64,000 nucleotides of DNA from the human T2T-CHM13v2.0 reference genome, Homo sapiens. The DNA lies in NCBI RefSeq assembly GCF_009914755.1, contig NC_060932.1; one strand, 5' to 3'. Under the pieces are notes generated by a model. It made no database searches. It worked only from the letters and a program-made list of their open reading frames with translations, and was not told where the DNA came from. A program made the translations under genes and the position numbers. Each line of letters starts with the position of its first letter. The stretch's first letter is position 1. Below are positions 16,299 to 29,420 of the stretch, piece after piece.

Positions 16299-16612
16299 TG
16301 ACAGAATTCACAACAAAGAGACGTCCCTGATAGCCAGACAGGCATACAGGGAACGTGTCACTTAGCCCTTTGGCTTCCAGAGATTATTTCTAACCACACA
16401 GAGTCCTCAGAGCGGGAGAGATTTGGGATTGCTTTCCAGCCAGGTCGCTGGGCACAGACTCAGCCCCCTGGGCTGTGCCTCCTGTTGTGTTTCCCCAAAT
16501 GCCTGGCCTGGGCCTCGTCCCTGGGCCCTCTCTGCGTTCTGTCAACCTCCTCATGTGGGGCAGAGTGTGGTTGAGTCCCTGCCACTGTCTGGCCTTGGCA
16601 TAGTTCTGAAAG

Positions 16613-16790
16613 ACAGTGCTACTGGCACTTCAGTGTGCTACAAACCACCTGGGGAGCTTGCGAAAATGCAGGTGCTGACTCCCCGGGTCTTGGCTGGAGA
16701 GCAGGGGATGGGGATAGCTGAGGGCCTGGGTTTCTGTCGAGCTCCGGGTGATGATATGTTGCAGTTCTTGGACCAAAATTTGAATAGAAA
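16613..16790. mobile_element. MER5A-like hAT DNA transposon
   Basis: caaaccacctggggagcttgcgaaaatgcag...gctccgggtgat...ggaccaaaatttga resembles MER5A. Confidence 0.6.
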
Positions 16791-17990
16791 AGATTGAAAA
16801 TGTAGTTTAGGTCTCTCTCAATCTCTCTCCCTCTCTTTCGTTCTCTCCCTCTCTCTCCCCACTCTTCCTTCCTGCCTTTCTTCCTTCACTTTCCTCTTGT
16901 TAGTAAGACTCCTGTACCTAATTAAGGTCACATGATTTCTGTCTCTTCGAACTTGAGTTACACTTCAAAAATTCCCCCCTACACCTACACCAGGATTTAG
17001 GAAAAAAGATGTGTGTTTGTGGTGGAGATGGGCTGAAAAAACCCACTTTGTCATTCAAATGGCAGCCTTCTAAAATTACCTTCAGTCCAAAAACTTCTGC
17101 CCATAGTCCTTGTGGATTATTTATTTATAGTGTGTCAAATAAGAATCTAATCCTCTTTATATCACTTGTCTTTCCTTTCTTTTGAACAACAGGTCTCAAT
17201 ATTTAAAAAAAATTTTTCTCTTTAGAAAAAAATAATTTTCCTATTAAATTCTGGTGATATGACCACAACCGGATCCCAGGATCCCTATTGGTAGTCATCA
17301 TTTATAATACAATTTAATGTTCTAAATAGCTTGCCTATTATGCTGGGGTGAGAAAAAATTATTCCCTACAATGAATGAATATTAAAATCAAAAGGATATT
17401 AAGTTTCTAGTCAATTTTGGAACTGAAAACTGCAGTAATTATTTTGTTTGTTGTGTGCTCTGTACATATATACCAGCTTTTTAATTCTTTCGTGTTATTC
17501 TTTTTCAACTTTTGTAGCAGCAGCTGATCTAGTGCACTTACCAAAGGTGCTCCATTTCCTTGCTGTGTTGTCATGTCAGATGTGGTCAATGATATCCTGT
17601 TTCTGTGGGAACAAGTGCAACTTCCTTCATGATGCAGAAGCAGGAGCTACCTCTGAGAATTAATAGATTCCATTAAAAAATGCTAAAAATTATCATTATA
17701 ACTTTACAGAGAGGAAGGCTTAAAGATTAAACACTGTTGATGCCTCTCCACTCTCACTTTCAACCTCCAACATTTGCCAAGAAATTAGAGGCAGATCAAG
17801 AAGATGTTGCTCACATTGCTGATTCTGTGGCTCAGTACCCTCCAGGTGCCTTGGCACTCAGGTGCTATTTAGTCTAAGAAAGCATCTTAAAACCTAAACA
17901 TTAATCAAGAAAATAATGATCATTTACCAATTATGACCTGAATGTACAGAAAATAATTTTGTTGTATAGAGGAGAAGATGTTTTTAAAAA

Positions 17991-18141
17991 TGGGGGGAGG
18001 GATAGCATTAGGAGATATAACTAATGCTAAATGACGAGTTAATGGGTACAGCACACCAACATGGCACATGTATACATATGTAACAAACCTGCACGTTGTG
18101 CACATGTACCCTAAAACTTAAAGTATAATAACAAAAAAAAA
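17991..18141 (+). mobile_element. Short young L1PA (L1PA2/3-like) 3' tail
   Basis: gatagcattaggagatat...aatgacgagttaatggg...tgtaccctaaaacttaaagtataataa; GAG rather than the Ta-type ACA diagnostic. Confidence 0.92.
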
Positions 18142-19289
18142 CAATTAAAGGGGGGAAAAAAGAGTAAACAATACCAATAAATAAATAAATAAATAAATAG
18201 AAATGGTGCTCTCTAGTTGTCAAACATTCTAGGTACATTAAAGTCACAGGTTTATACATATCAGGAGATGTGATCAAACCCAGCTCTAATTCTATGCTTC
18301 TTTACCTCTACTCTATACTATTTAATTATTAGCAAGTTTGTCCATTTTCTAAAGATAGTTTGTTGTCTACCAGTACAGAGTAATGGTTAAAACACTGACT
18401 ATATAGCCAATATAACAGAGCATTCTCTCTCCTTGGGAAACTTTACTTTTAGTGAGGAAGAAAAACAATGTAATCATTTGAGCCTTTTTACAAATGTAAC
18501 TGGTGTTTTGTTATTTGTATTGCTTTTGTTTTGCTGCTTTAATTCACAAGGTGGGTGGATAGGAGGTAGATGGATGGGGGCTGAAAAGTAATGAGGGTCA
18601 AGATGTTTTTCAATTTCCCAGCAGATGGAGAGCCCTACATAGTGTCTATAGGGCTCACTCACCTTATACCCAACCTATCCAAGGTGGTAGTAAATGCTTT
18701 TCTGCTTCTAACTGGGTGAGGAGGAATATTATGATTTGACTCAGAACATGGAAAAGAGACTTAAATGGGAAAGACAGGAGTGTCTAGCTGTGTGTGCATG
18801 CATGGGGGAGGGAGGAAGTACAGGTCTCCCTAGACAGAAGGAAGGTAAGGCGTTTGAGGGGTTGCTGAGTGTTGAGGAGTGGGGTGTGTAAGGTCGGGTG
18901 AATCTCTGCCTTAATGGAAAGTCAGTCCAGACTGGCCAATACATGCTGGGGCTTTTAGTAGGTTCAAGGGTCCTGTGGTCTTTCTGTAACTGGTGGAGAG
19001 GATTGCTGGGGTGGGGGTGGAGTGGTCCCTGAGTTTGCCAGGGAACCAGTACACCAGACCAGCATGCAACTGCAGCATCAATTTTCTGTGGAGAAACAGT
19101 TTTCTGGTGTTGCATAAATTCAGAATTCTTGGGTGATCTCATGAGGGTGTGGGGTGGGGAAGGAGCCCACAGATTAAATTCTCATGAGTCAAGAGGCTGA
19201 GAATTAGGAGCACATTTAGTTTTAATTTTAGGAATAATGGAATGTGACATTTTTTTTTGCACCTGAGTAATGAAGAGTGAAATTCCTGC

Positions 19290-19740
19290 TTGCTATACAA
19301 ATAAACAAGCAATTGCAACACAGGGTGATGAACAATGTTGGATGAAGCATCAAGTTCACAGAGAGCACTTAGGAGGGCAGGGAAGGCCTCCTGGGAAGAG
19401 TTGTCTAAGCCAAGACTGAAGAACATTAGCCAGGAGAAGGGATGTTGGGAGGCACTAGGGAGGGAGAGGAGGAAGAATGCTCCAGACAAAGGGAATAAAG
19501 GCACAAAGGCCAATGGGAGAATGAGCAGGAGTACCTGGAAATGCAGCATGACTGGACAAGAAGTTATGGGGGGAAGATTGGCCCAAGGTGAGGTGAGCTG
19601 AGGACAGACCAGAAAATTAGGGATTTATCCTGAAGGCAATGGGGAAGCAATTGATGTGTTTTACACAGAGGAGTGACATAATAAGATTTACATTTTTAGA
19701 AAGATCTCTCCGACTATCAAAAGGAGAACAAAATGTAGGG
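19290..19740 (-). mobile_element. L2 fragment
   Basis: gggaaggcctcctgggaagag and atttatcctgaaggcaatgggg...agatttacatttttagaaagatc are typical antisense L2. Confidence 0.75.
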
Positions 19741-19789
19741 GGCAGGAAGGACAACTCTATCTGAAGACTAGCCAGCTGAAGGGAGACAG

Positions 19790-22600
19790 GGCTTAAGGTG
19801 CTGTCAGGGCCATGCCCTCTCTAGTGCTCTAGGGGAGAATCTGTTCCATGACATATTCTTAGCTTCCAGATTGCTGGCAATTCTTGGTGTTCCTTGGTTT
19901 GTAAATCCATCACTCCAATGTCTGCCTCTGTCATTGAATGGCATTCTCCTTGTGTGTTTCTGTGTTTTCACATCATCATCCCTCTGTATGTGTCTGTGTC
20001 TCTTCTCCTCTTCTTATGAGGACACCAGTTAGATTGGATTTATGGCTCATCCTACTCTAGTATGAATTCACCTTGACTTAAGTAGTTATATCTGTAAAGA
20101 ACTGATATGGTTTGGCTGTGTCCCCACCCAAAAGCTCATCTTGAACTGTAATCCAAATTATAATCCCCATGTATTGGGGGAGAGACCTTGTAGAGGTGAT
20201 TGGATAATGGGGGCAATTCCCCTATGCTGTTCTCATGATAGTGAGTGAGTTCTTACAAGATCTGATGGCTTTATAAGGGGCCTTTTCCTGCTTCGCTCTA
20301 CACTTCTCCTTCCTGCTGCTATATGAAGAAGGACATGTTTGCTTCCCCATCCACAATGATTGTAAGTTTCCTGAGGCCTCCCTAGCCCTGCATAAATGTG
20401 AGTCAATCAAACCTCTTTCCTTTATAAATTACACAGTCTTGGATATGTCCTTATAGCAGTGTGAGAATGGACTAATACAGTAAATTGGTACCAAGGGAGT
20501 GGGGTGCTGCTATAAGGATACCTGAAAATGTGGAAGTGACTTTGGAATCAGGTAACAGGCATAGGTTGGAACAGTTTGGATGTTCAGAAGAAGACAGAAC
20601 AATGTGGGAAAGCTTGGAACTTCCTAGAGACTTGGAGGGCTTAGAAGATAGGAAGATGTCAGAAAGTTTGCAACTTCCTGGAAACTTGTTGAATGGCTTT
20701 GACCAAAATGCTGATAGCAATGTGGACAAGGAAGTCCAGGCTGAGATGGTCACAGGTGGAGAAGAGGAACTTGTTGGGAACTGGAATAAAGATGACTCTT
20801 GATATGCTTTAGTAAAGATACTGATGGCACTTTTCCCCTGGCCTAGACATCTTTGGAATCTTGAACTTGAGAGAGATGATTTAGGATATCTGGCAGAAGA
20901 AATTTCTAAGCAGCAAAGCATTCAAGAGTTGACTTGGGTGCTCATAAAAATCATTCCATTTTTATCCATTCACAAAGATATGGTTTGGAACTGGAACTTA
21001 TGTTTAAAAAGGAAACAGAGCACAAAAGTTCAAAAAATTTGCAGCCTGACAATGCGATAGAAAAAACAACTCATTTTCTGAGGAGAAATTCAAGTCAGCT
21101 GCAGAAATTTGCATAGGCAATAAGGAGCCAAGATAATCGGGAAAATGTCTCCAGGGCATGTCAGAGGTCTTTGAGGCAGCCCCCGCCCCCATCACAGGCC
21201 CAGAGGCCTAGGAGGGAAAAATGGTTTCATGGGCCAGGCCCAGGGCCTTGCTGCGTCCTACAGTCTTGGGACTTGGTGGGCTGTATTCCAACCATGGCTA
21301 AAAGAGACCAAGGTACAGCTTGGATCATTGCTTCAGAGGGTATAAGCCCGAGGCCTTGGTGGCTTCCACATGGTGTTGAGCCTGCAGGTGCACAGAAGTC
21401 AAGAATTAAGGTTTGGGAACCTCTGCCTAGATTTCAAAGGGTGTATGGAGATGCCTGGCTGTCCAGGCAGAAGTTTGCTGCAGGGGCGTAGCCCTCATGG
21501 AGAACCTCTGCTAAGGCAGTGCAGAAGGGAAATGTGGGGTTGGAGAGCCCACAAAGAGTCCCCACTGGGGCACTGCCCAGTAGAGCTGTGAGAAGAGGGT
21601 CACCATCCTCCAGATCCCAAAATAGTAGATTCACCAACAGCTTGCACCATGCACCTGGAAAATGCACAGACACTCAACATCAGCTTATGAAAGCAGTCCG
21701 TAGTGGGGCTGTACCCTGTAAAGCCACAGGGGCAGAGCTGCCCAAGGCCATGGTAGCCCACATCTTGCATCAGCGTGACCTGGATGTGAGACATGGAATC
21801 AAAGGAGATCATTTTGGAACTTTAAGGTTAAATGACTGCCCTATTGGATTTCAGACTTGCTTGGGCCTATAGCCCCTTTATTTTGGCCAATTTGTCCCAT
21901 CTGGAACAGGTATATTTACCTGATGCCTGTACCCTCATTGTGTCTTGTAAGTAACTAACTTGCTTTTGATTTTATAGGCTCATAGGCAGAAAGGACTTGC
22001 CTTGTCTCACACGAGTCTTTGGACTTGGACTTTTGGGTTAATGCTGGAATGAGTTAAGACTTTGGGAGACTGTTGGAAAGGCAGTATTGTGTTTTGAAAA
22101 GTGAGGATATGAGATTTGGGAGGGGCCAGCAGGTGGAATGATATGGTTTGGCTGTTTCCCCACCCAAAGTTTCATCTTGAATTGTAATCTGATTTATAAT
22201 CCCCATGTGTTGGGGGAAGGACCTCATAGGAGGTGATTAGATCAGATGGGTGGTTCCCCCTGCTGTTCTTGTGATAGTAAGTGAGTTCTCATGAGATCTA
22301 ATGGTTTTCTAAGGGGGTTTTCTCCTCTTCACTCTGCACTTCTCTTTTCTGCTGCCATGTGAAGAAGGACATGTTTGCTTCACCTTCTGCCATGATTGTA
22401 AGTTTCCTGAAGCCTCCCAAGCCCTGTGGTACTCTGAATCAATTAAACCTCTTTCTTTTTAAATTACTCAGTCTCAGGCAGTTCTTTATAGCAGTGTGAG
22501 CATGGACTAATACAAGACCCTGTTTCCAAGTAAGGTCACATTCCAAGGTTCTGGAAAAGAAATGAATTTGGGGGATGGGAGGACACTATTCTTCTACCCA
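19790..22600 (-). mobile_element. MLT1(B/C)-like LTR split by the THE1 insertion (parts ~19790-20102 and ~22515-22600)
   Basis: agggccatgccctctc...gaggacaccagttagattgg...atctgtaaaga | ccctgtttccaagtaaggtcacattc. Confidence 0.75.
20103..22514 (+). mobile_element. Full-length THE1 (THE1C/D-like) MaLR: LTR 20103-20479, internal 20480-22138, LTR 22139-22514
   Basis: Both LTRs tgatatggtttggctg...ggactaataca; internal starts gtaaattggtacc; purine tract before 3' LTR; TSD agaac/agacc. Confidence 0.95.
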
Positions 22601-23292
22601 GTACAAGTTTCATGTGAGCACAACAAAGTTGATCACTGCTGGTTCTGAATTATAAGGCACCAGGCTGCTGCCTAATCAGTTATTTTCTCTTACAAAATCA
22701 ACCCCATGCAAGTAGGGACTAATGTATTCCAGAAGTATGCCCCCTTGGGTAGCTTGCACATAGATTATCATATAGATTCACTTGGCTTTTTCAGATCTGG
22801 AAAGGCTGTAATTGAAGTTCCAAGGAGTAGAAAGATTACAACAAGCACTTGTTCACTTAAGTACATGCTATATTCTCCATTGAGACAACACACTGTATTT
22901 TTGACTCAACATAACCTATAAGAACTCTGTGGAAACAGAAGTCAAATATATATTATAATGGCATAATGCTATGCAAACATACACATCAATTTTATAAAAT
23001 GCTAAAGAAAAGTTAGAATAATCTATTGTTTTAGGAAAGGAAAATACTTTTAGTTTTGAGGTCAAAATCTGTTTATAACCTGATAAGCTTATAATATATA
23101 TGTAAGCTTATAATATAATATATAAGCTTATCAGAAAAATCAGAGAAAGCTTATATTTTGTCACCAAACATCAGTTTCAGCTATTTATCAAAATGATAAA
23201 ACTGAGACATCAAGCAACTGAGTTTAATTCTTATTATGTCATATGCATATTTAGTGTGACACAGTCACAAGCTGTATGATTTACATGCTATA

Positions 23293-23529
23293 TCTCTCTT
23301 CTTTCTTGCTTGCTTGCTTTTTTCTTTTTTCTTTCTTTTTTTCCTCTCTTCCTCCCTCCTTTCTTTCCTCCCTCCCTTCTTTCTTTTCCTTTCTTTTTTC
23401 TCTTCCTTCCTTCCCTCCCTCCTTCCTTCCTTTCTTTTCTCTCTTTCTCACTCTTTCTTTCCTTCCTTCCTCCTCTCTCACTTTTTCTTTCTTTTTTTTT
23501 TCTCTCTCTTTCTTTCTTTCTTCCTTTTC
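23293..23529. repeat. ~240-bp polypyrimidine (CTTT/CCTT) tract, expanded Alu tail
   Basis: Almost pure C/T immediately adjoining the antisense Alu 3' end. Confidence 0.95.
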
Positions 23530-23819
23530 TGACGGGGTCTTGCTCTGTCACCCCAGCTGGAGTGCAGTGGCATGATCATAGCTCACTGAAGCCTTGAACC
23601 CCTGGCTGGGCTCAAGCAGTCCTCCTGCCTCAGCCTCCTTAGTAGATGGGACTATAGGTGCATACCACCACACCTGGATAATTTTTTATTTTTATCTTTT
23701 GTAGAGATGGGGCCATGCCATGTTGCCCAGGCTGGTCTTGAACTCCTGGGCTTAAGTGATCCTAATGCCTTGGCCTCCCAAAGTGTTGGGATTACAGTGA
23801 TGAGACACTGTGCCCAGCC
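23530..23819 (-). mobile_element. Alu (AluJ-like)
   Basis: gatcatagctcactg, ctcctgggcttaagtgatcct AluJ diagnostics. Confidence 0.93.
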
Positions 23820-24120
23820 CTCCCTTTCTATAGAAGGAATATATCCCTACATATATGGTTAGATGGGTAGTTTAACATTTCCTTGCTTTTAGTATGGAGC
23901 AGAACACTTATACTTTATTGTATTCTCTGTGAATTCAGACCATATAGTCTATGATAACAACATTTATTTTGAAAATTAAATTTAGAAAAAAATTCAAAGG
24001 GCCTAGACCCATTTTTCTGGTCTGTAGAGAGAGGTCCTTTTGGGTCCTCAATCCATCATAAGACAGATGACTTATTTTATCTAATGAGAAGTCATATTTT
24101 GTCAGACTGCCGTCAGTGCT

Positions 24121-24496
24121 TGTATTAGCCCATTCTCACATTGCTGTAAAGAACTACCTGAGATTGGGTAACTTATAAAGAAAAGAGGTTTAATTAGCTC
24201 ATGGTTCTGCACACTTTAAGGAAGCATGGCTGGGGAGATCTCGGGAAACTTACAATCATGGCAGAAGGCAAAGGGGAAGTAAGCACATCTTCACATGGCC
24301 AGTGGGAGAGAGCAAGCAAGGGGGCAGGTGCTACACACTTTTGAACAACTAGATCTCGTGAGAACTCTATCATGAGAACAGCAAGGGGGAAATCTGCTCC
24401 CATGATTTAATCACCTCCTACCAGGCCTTTTCTTCAACATTGGCAATTATAATTTGACAAGAGATTTGGGTGGGCGCACAGAGCCAAACAAAATCA
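24121..24496 (-). mobile_element. Solo MSTA-like MaLR LTR
   Basis: tgtattagcc...agccaaacaaaatca; perfect 5-bp TSD gtgct at 24116-24120 and 24497-24501. Confidence 0.92.
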
Positions 24497-24934
24497 GTGC
24501 TCTTTTCTAATTTGTCCATGAAATTTTTGAACTGGAAGGGTAGCACTGTGGTCCTACCCACAGCCCTCCAGGTTTACATCCCCCTTTGGTGAGAGCAATC
24601 AACCACATGCAGATCCATGTGGCTGTTCATCACTGGCCCCTGGGTTTCCCATGCACTTCAGGTAGTGGTTGATGAGATTTTGCTGTGTGTCCTGCTAAAC
24701 CCAGTAGCACTTTGTCTATTTACCTCTTTTTATATGACTTGCTAGTAAGTAGGTGTGGGGGTAACCATGTTAAAAAAGAAATGAGGTTAATTGTAGCTGA
24801 TTTGTTAATGTACCCACTATAGCTGTCAGTGATCACATGCTTTCTTTTTAGATGCTGAAAAAAGCTCTATTTGACAATCAGTTTTGGAATTTTGCCCAGG
24901 ATTAACATCACCAATACATACGTCAAAGACATAA

Positions 24935-25170
24935 TAATAACTCCCAATTATTATTTTATTGAGTGTGTCCCCTATGCTAGGCATTGTGTTAAGTGCTTTA
25001 CTTATATTATCTCACTGAATTTCTACCACAAGCCTATGGAATTGATTTTACTCCCAGATGGAGGATGAAGGCCACAGTAGTTTAATTATTTTTCCAGATC
25101 CACATAGCTTGTAAGTGGCAGAGCCAGTATCATCCTCTAGCCTGTCTGACTTACAAACCCATGCTGATAA
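24935..25170 (-). mobile_element. MIR
   Basis: attgagtgtgtcccctatgctaggcattgtgttaagtgctttac...ccacatagcttgtaagtggcagagcc. Confidence 0.75.
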
Positions 25171-25793
25171 CAACAGCTCTGGTTGCCCGATAATGTCCTA
25201 TACAAATCAGTATCATTACACTTTCCAAATTTTTACTGTATTATCTGTTGAGTGTCTCCCTTCTCTGGGAACCATGTCTAATTTCTCTTTATAGGAAGGA
25301 TCTCAAAAAGTTTTTGTTGAATAAATGTATTAACAATGTCTTTCTATTACTCAGAATCTCCCATTTGCCCACCCTTACGCAATACTTAGCTTCTTGTTCA
25401 CAACAATTTCAGATAGTGGCTCAATTATGTCAGTGTTTCTGGCAGCTAGGGGTTCTCATAAAATTCTCTCTCATTCAAGACTTAACCAAAGCCTTTGTTT
25501 GAGCTTTTAGAATCTGATAAACATCACCTAGGGAGAAAACAAGGTGAAATAGAAAATGACTGGTTGTTTTTTCTTTTTATCCATTAACTTTTTAACAGCT
25601 GCCAAGTAAGAATTTATGTCTGCCGTATTCTTCATCTCTGAATATGAATTACTACCCTTATTGCCCTTAATCTTTTTCTTTATGAAATGGATGGTCATAT
25701 TTAAATCAATAATACATTGGAGTAAGACACTTAGAACTGAGCACTTCTTGGCCTGGAGTCTCATTTGTTTATTCATTAATCAAATCACACTTT

Positions 25794-26122
25794 GGGAGGG
25801 AGAAGGAAATGGGAATAATTAATGGGTACAAAAAATATAGTTAGATAGGATGAATAAAGATCTAGTATTTGATCTTTATTCAACAAGATAACTACAGTCA
25901 ACAACAACTTATTGTACACTTTTAAATAACTAAAAGAGTGTAACTGGAATGCTTCTAACACAAAGAAATAATGAATACTTAAGGTTATAGATACCCCATT
26001 TACCTTGATGTGATTATTACACATTGTATGCCTATATCAAAATATCTCATGTACCGCATAAAAATGTACCTACTATGTGACTGTAAAAATAAAAAAAAAT
26101 TAAAAAATTAAAAACAAAAAAA
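25794..26122 (+). mobile_element. L1MA 3'UTR fragment with A-tail
   Basis: aatgggtacaaaaaatatagttaga...gatctagtatttgat...tatctcatgtacc; same family as 5500-6089. Confidence 0.9.
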
Positions 26123-27283
26123 CCTAAATCATATTTAAGATGTAATTTTGATAATGTAAGAATACTGGGAGGAGAGTAAGTTAACAAATACTCCCTGATA
26201 CTTAAGGAATTTTGAATTATGTGCATATTTATGGCAACCTCAAAAACAGGAGGAAAAGCAAAAAGATGACTATAGTCCTTAAAATGTACAGACACTCTTT
26301 TTTGGCTTTGGCTAACATGTACCCATTCTACTCTGCCTATTCTGCCTATAACATGTGTCTCCCACTGGATACATTCCCAACCAGGAAGGTTTGATAGTTA
26401 TCTCTTTCCAGTCAAGAATTCTGTGTTTTGGTCAATAATTTGTAATAGGCTTGACATGTGATTCAGTGTGGTCTCTAACAGAAAAGTCTGCTTTAGGGAA
26501 TAAACTGGATGGTGAAGGTCAAAATTTTTACCTACTCAAGGGTTGTAACTGAACTAATGGACTTAGCAAATGCCAAAAACAAGGAGTGCTCAGAAGGAGA
26601 GTCATTTGCTGAGATCCATTACTAGGAAGGAATAAGACTAGAGTGTCTCCAAGTCATAGAGGAACCAGGTCTAAAGTCAGCTGTGAATCTGGATTAAAGA
26701 GGATACCATGGCACACAAGTGGAAAGAGATGTTTCTAGATGGCGTCTGTCCACTGATCTTATCAGGAGATGCCCGTGCTATGTATCTCTTAACGTGGTGG
26801 TACTTCATTGACCCCTTTACATGCTATTTATACAGCTATTCAATCCATGCAGTAGATTTGTTTGTTAACCACCATTAGGAGGACATTGCTAGGTGTTAGG
26901 GATGCCAAAAATGATTGAAGTCAATGTATTTTCAGGGTAGCAAGTGAAGCAATCATGCCAAACAACACATCCGTTTTCCATCATAACATAAGAAACAAGC
27001 AATTAGAAAACTGTACATCTAAATCACCATTACAAGATGGAGAAAAAGGGATGCATTACTACGTGCTATGCATGATTATCAAAGTGCCTCTGAATGTTAA
27101 GGATTATGAACATGATGTATATGGTGCAGACCTTACCAAGATATACCATTTGATACATGTAAATAAAGTCTACTTTCTATACTAAAGTCACACTTTTGAT
27201 AATAAATTATTATGCATTGAGTAATTACTCATGAAATTATTGTTCTTTAGTGCCACATTTGCCTTTCTCTCTCTCTTTCTATG

Positions 27284-27309
27284 CACACACACACACACAC
27301 ACACACACA
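27284..27309. repeat. (CA)n microsatellite
   Basis: Direct observation. Confidence 0.95.
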
Positions 27310-27324
27310 ACCATTATTAACTTT

Positions 27325-27735
27325 CTGGCTAAACCATTTGAAAATAACTTTCACACAATATGACCCTGACCTTTCACTCTTAAATACCTGATCATACTTC
27401 TAAATGCCTCCTAAGGACAAGAACTTTCTCTTACATAACCATAATTCAATAAACAAATTCAGGAAATTTAACAGCAATACACATTTCTATTACCCAACAT
27501 ACACCTCATATGAAAATTTCACCAATTATGCCAATAATTAAATGTCCTCTAGGGCATTTATTTTTTTGATCCAAGAGCCAGTCCAGGATCACACCCTTCA
27601 ATTTTGTTGTCATGCCTCTCATGTCCTTTTCCTTGGAATAGTCCTCACCCTCTCTGTTCCTTTGATGAAATGGACATTCCTGAGGGGTACCAGCCTGTGT
27701 GTAGAATGTCCTTCAGCTGCGTTTGGCTGGGTATT
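27325..27735 (-). mobile_element. L1MC-type 3'UTR fragment
   Basis: aaccatttgaaaataact...ttacataaccata...ccaggatcacac...gtagaatgtcc. Confidence 0.7.
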
Positions 27736-29089
27736 TTGCCAGGTTTTTTGTGGAGTTCCTGGACACTGCCTCGTGTGCGATCTGGAGCAGGTCTCTTTGG
27801 TTCTCTCTGGCGCTGTCCCTGCTTTCCACGTGGTGGCCACTGTGCTCCTCCATTGCAAAAGAAAGCCCAGCTATTTCTGCTCAATCCTCTTATGCCTCAG
27901 AGAAAGTGCACTGCAGCCCCATGGCCATTAGATGGGTGCTTCTTCATTGCCCGCGGCACACCTCAGGCCAGGCTGTGGCTTTTACATAAAACTTCAGGGC
28001 TTGAGGTTAACACAAGTGTAATACAAAGAATAATGTCAAACTGCTGCTAAACATTGCTACTCTTCAAGCCCACATCCTAAATCACCATTTGAGAGTCTTT
28101 AAATAGAGTGATTTCTGCCTTAACGCTGGCCTGCCTCCATGTGGAGGGGTTGGCTCACTCTAGCACGTGTGCTCCCGCGACGTCCATGCTAGACAGTTCG
28201 GATCCAACAGATCCCCAGGCCTGGAGAGGGGAAAACATCATTCTCTACCCCAGCCAGTGACCACTTTGTTTCCTGATTTGGAAGGATTTTCTTCCCAGGA
28301 AGAATGACTCTAAGGACTCTTCTCCCTCTACCTGCTAACCTACCTCTAAAGAATTAGGCTTCTGTGACTCAGCAAGTCCAGTCCTCCCAGACCACACTGA
28401 CTAAAGTTAGGCTGTCCAGTCTTATGTAACAGCAATGTGGGATAACCAGAAGCAGCCTGGAAGCACAGCCCCAAGCCAGATGCAATTCCTTTACAGCCTT
28501 TTCTCCAGCATGCGGTGAAGTGCAGAATGGTCTTTCACATGAACCCTAATATAGCCCTGTTTTCATTCCTGATCTCCTATAAACAAATGCAGGACAAGAA
28601 CCCATACACACATTTCCCAAGAACAACCAGCATTTTTCAGACATAAATTCTAAATCTAGATTGAGGGGAAAAAATTTATACCTCTGCAGGAACATAATTG
28701 AGCTTAAGATATACCCAATTTACATTACTAAATAGACTGTCCAGAGCATTTGCATTTGGGTTACTGCACTGCATTTCGACTTTCTTTAAGAAAAATAGTG
28801 AGTACTTGCCCTTACACCTACATAATTAAAAGGCCCATTGAAATTATGTTTGTAAAAAACCGACTTAGCAGTTTGGCCCCAATGGTAGATTCTAGCCTTC
28901 ACCCGACTGCTTGTAACTTTAAGACTGGAAGGCTTTCCAGCCTCAACTATTTTCACTATTTTAAGGCAGATTTTCCACACTGCACCTGGTTAGAGACAAC
29001 ATCCTTCAAATATGCCCTATCTTTCCCACTTATCACACTAAGCCCATCCTGCTGATTTCTCACTGTGTCCCTTATTTTCTCACTTCTAG

Positions 29090-29420
29090 GCACTTGCTTT
29101 TGTTGAATATGCTCCTCAACACTCCAGTCCCTCAAGATTCTACTTGGTCTTTAAAGACAAACCTAATGCTATCTCCTGATCTTCCCAACTGAATGTGATC
29201 ACTCTTTCCTCTTAAAATCCCATAACACAAGATCTGCACCTTTCTCTTAGGGTGGTTATAATCTACCTTATGTCACAGTGATTTGGGTTCATGTTTCCTG
29301 TTCTACTAGGCTTTCTCCAGGTCAATGACAAACCAACAGTCATCCTGGCACCTCTCCCATTACCTAGCATGGTGCCTTGCAAAGAACAGGCATTCAAAAT
29401 GCTTGCAGAGTTGAATTGAA
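29090..29420 (+). mobile_element. L2 3' fragment
   Basis: acctagcatggtgccttgc...aggcattcaaaatgcttgcagagttgaattgaa L2 3' end. Confidence 0.6.

Noticed and set aside
20585-20690. ~50-bp tandem duplication in the THE1 internal region
   Set aside because: As I recall, this duplication is common in THE1 internal sequences rather than locus-specific
25794-26122. Similarity to 5480-6089 suggesting a local duplication
   Set aside because: Both are independent L1MA 3'UTR copies
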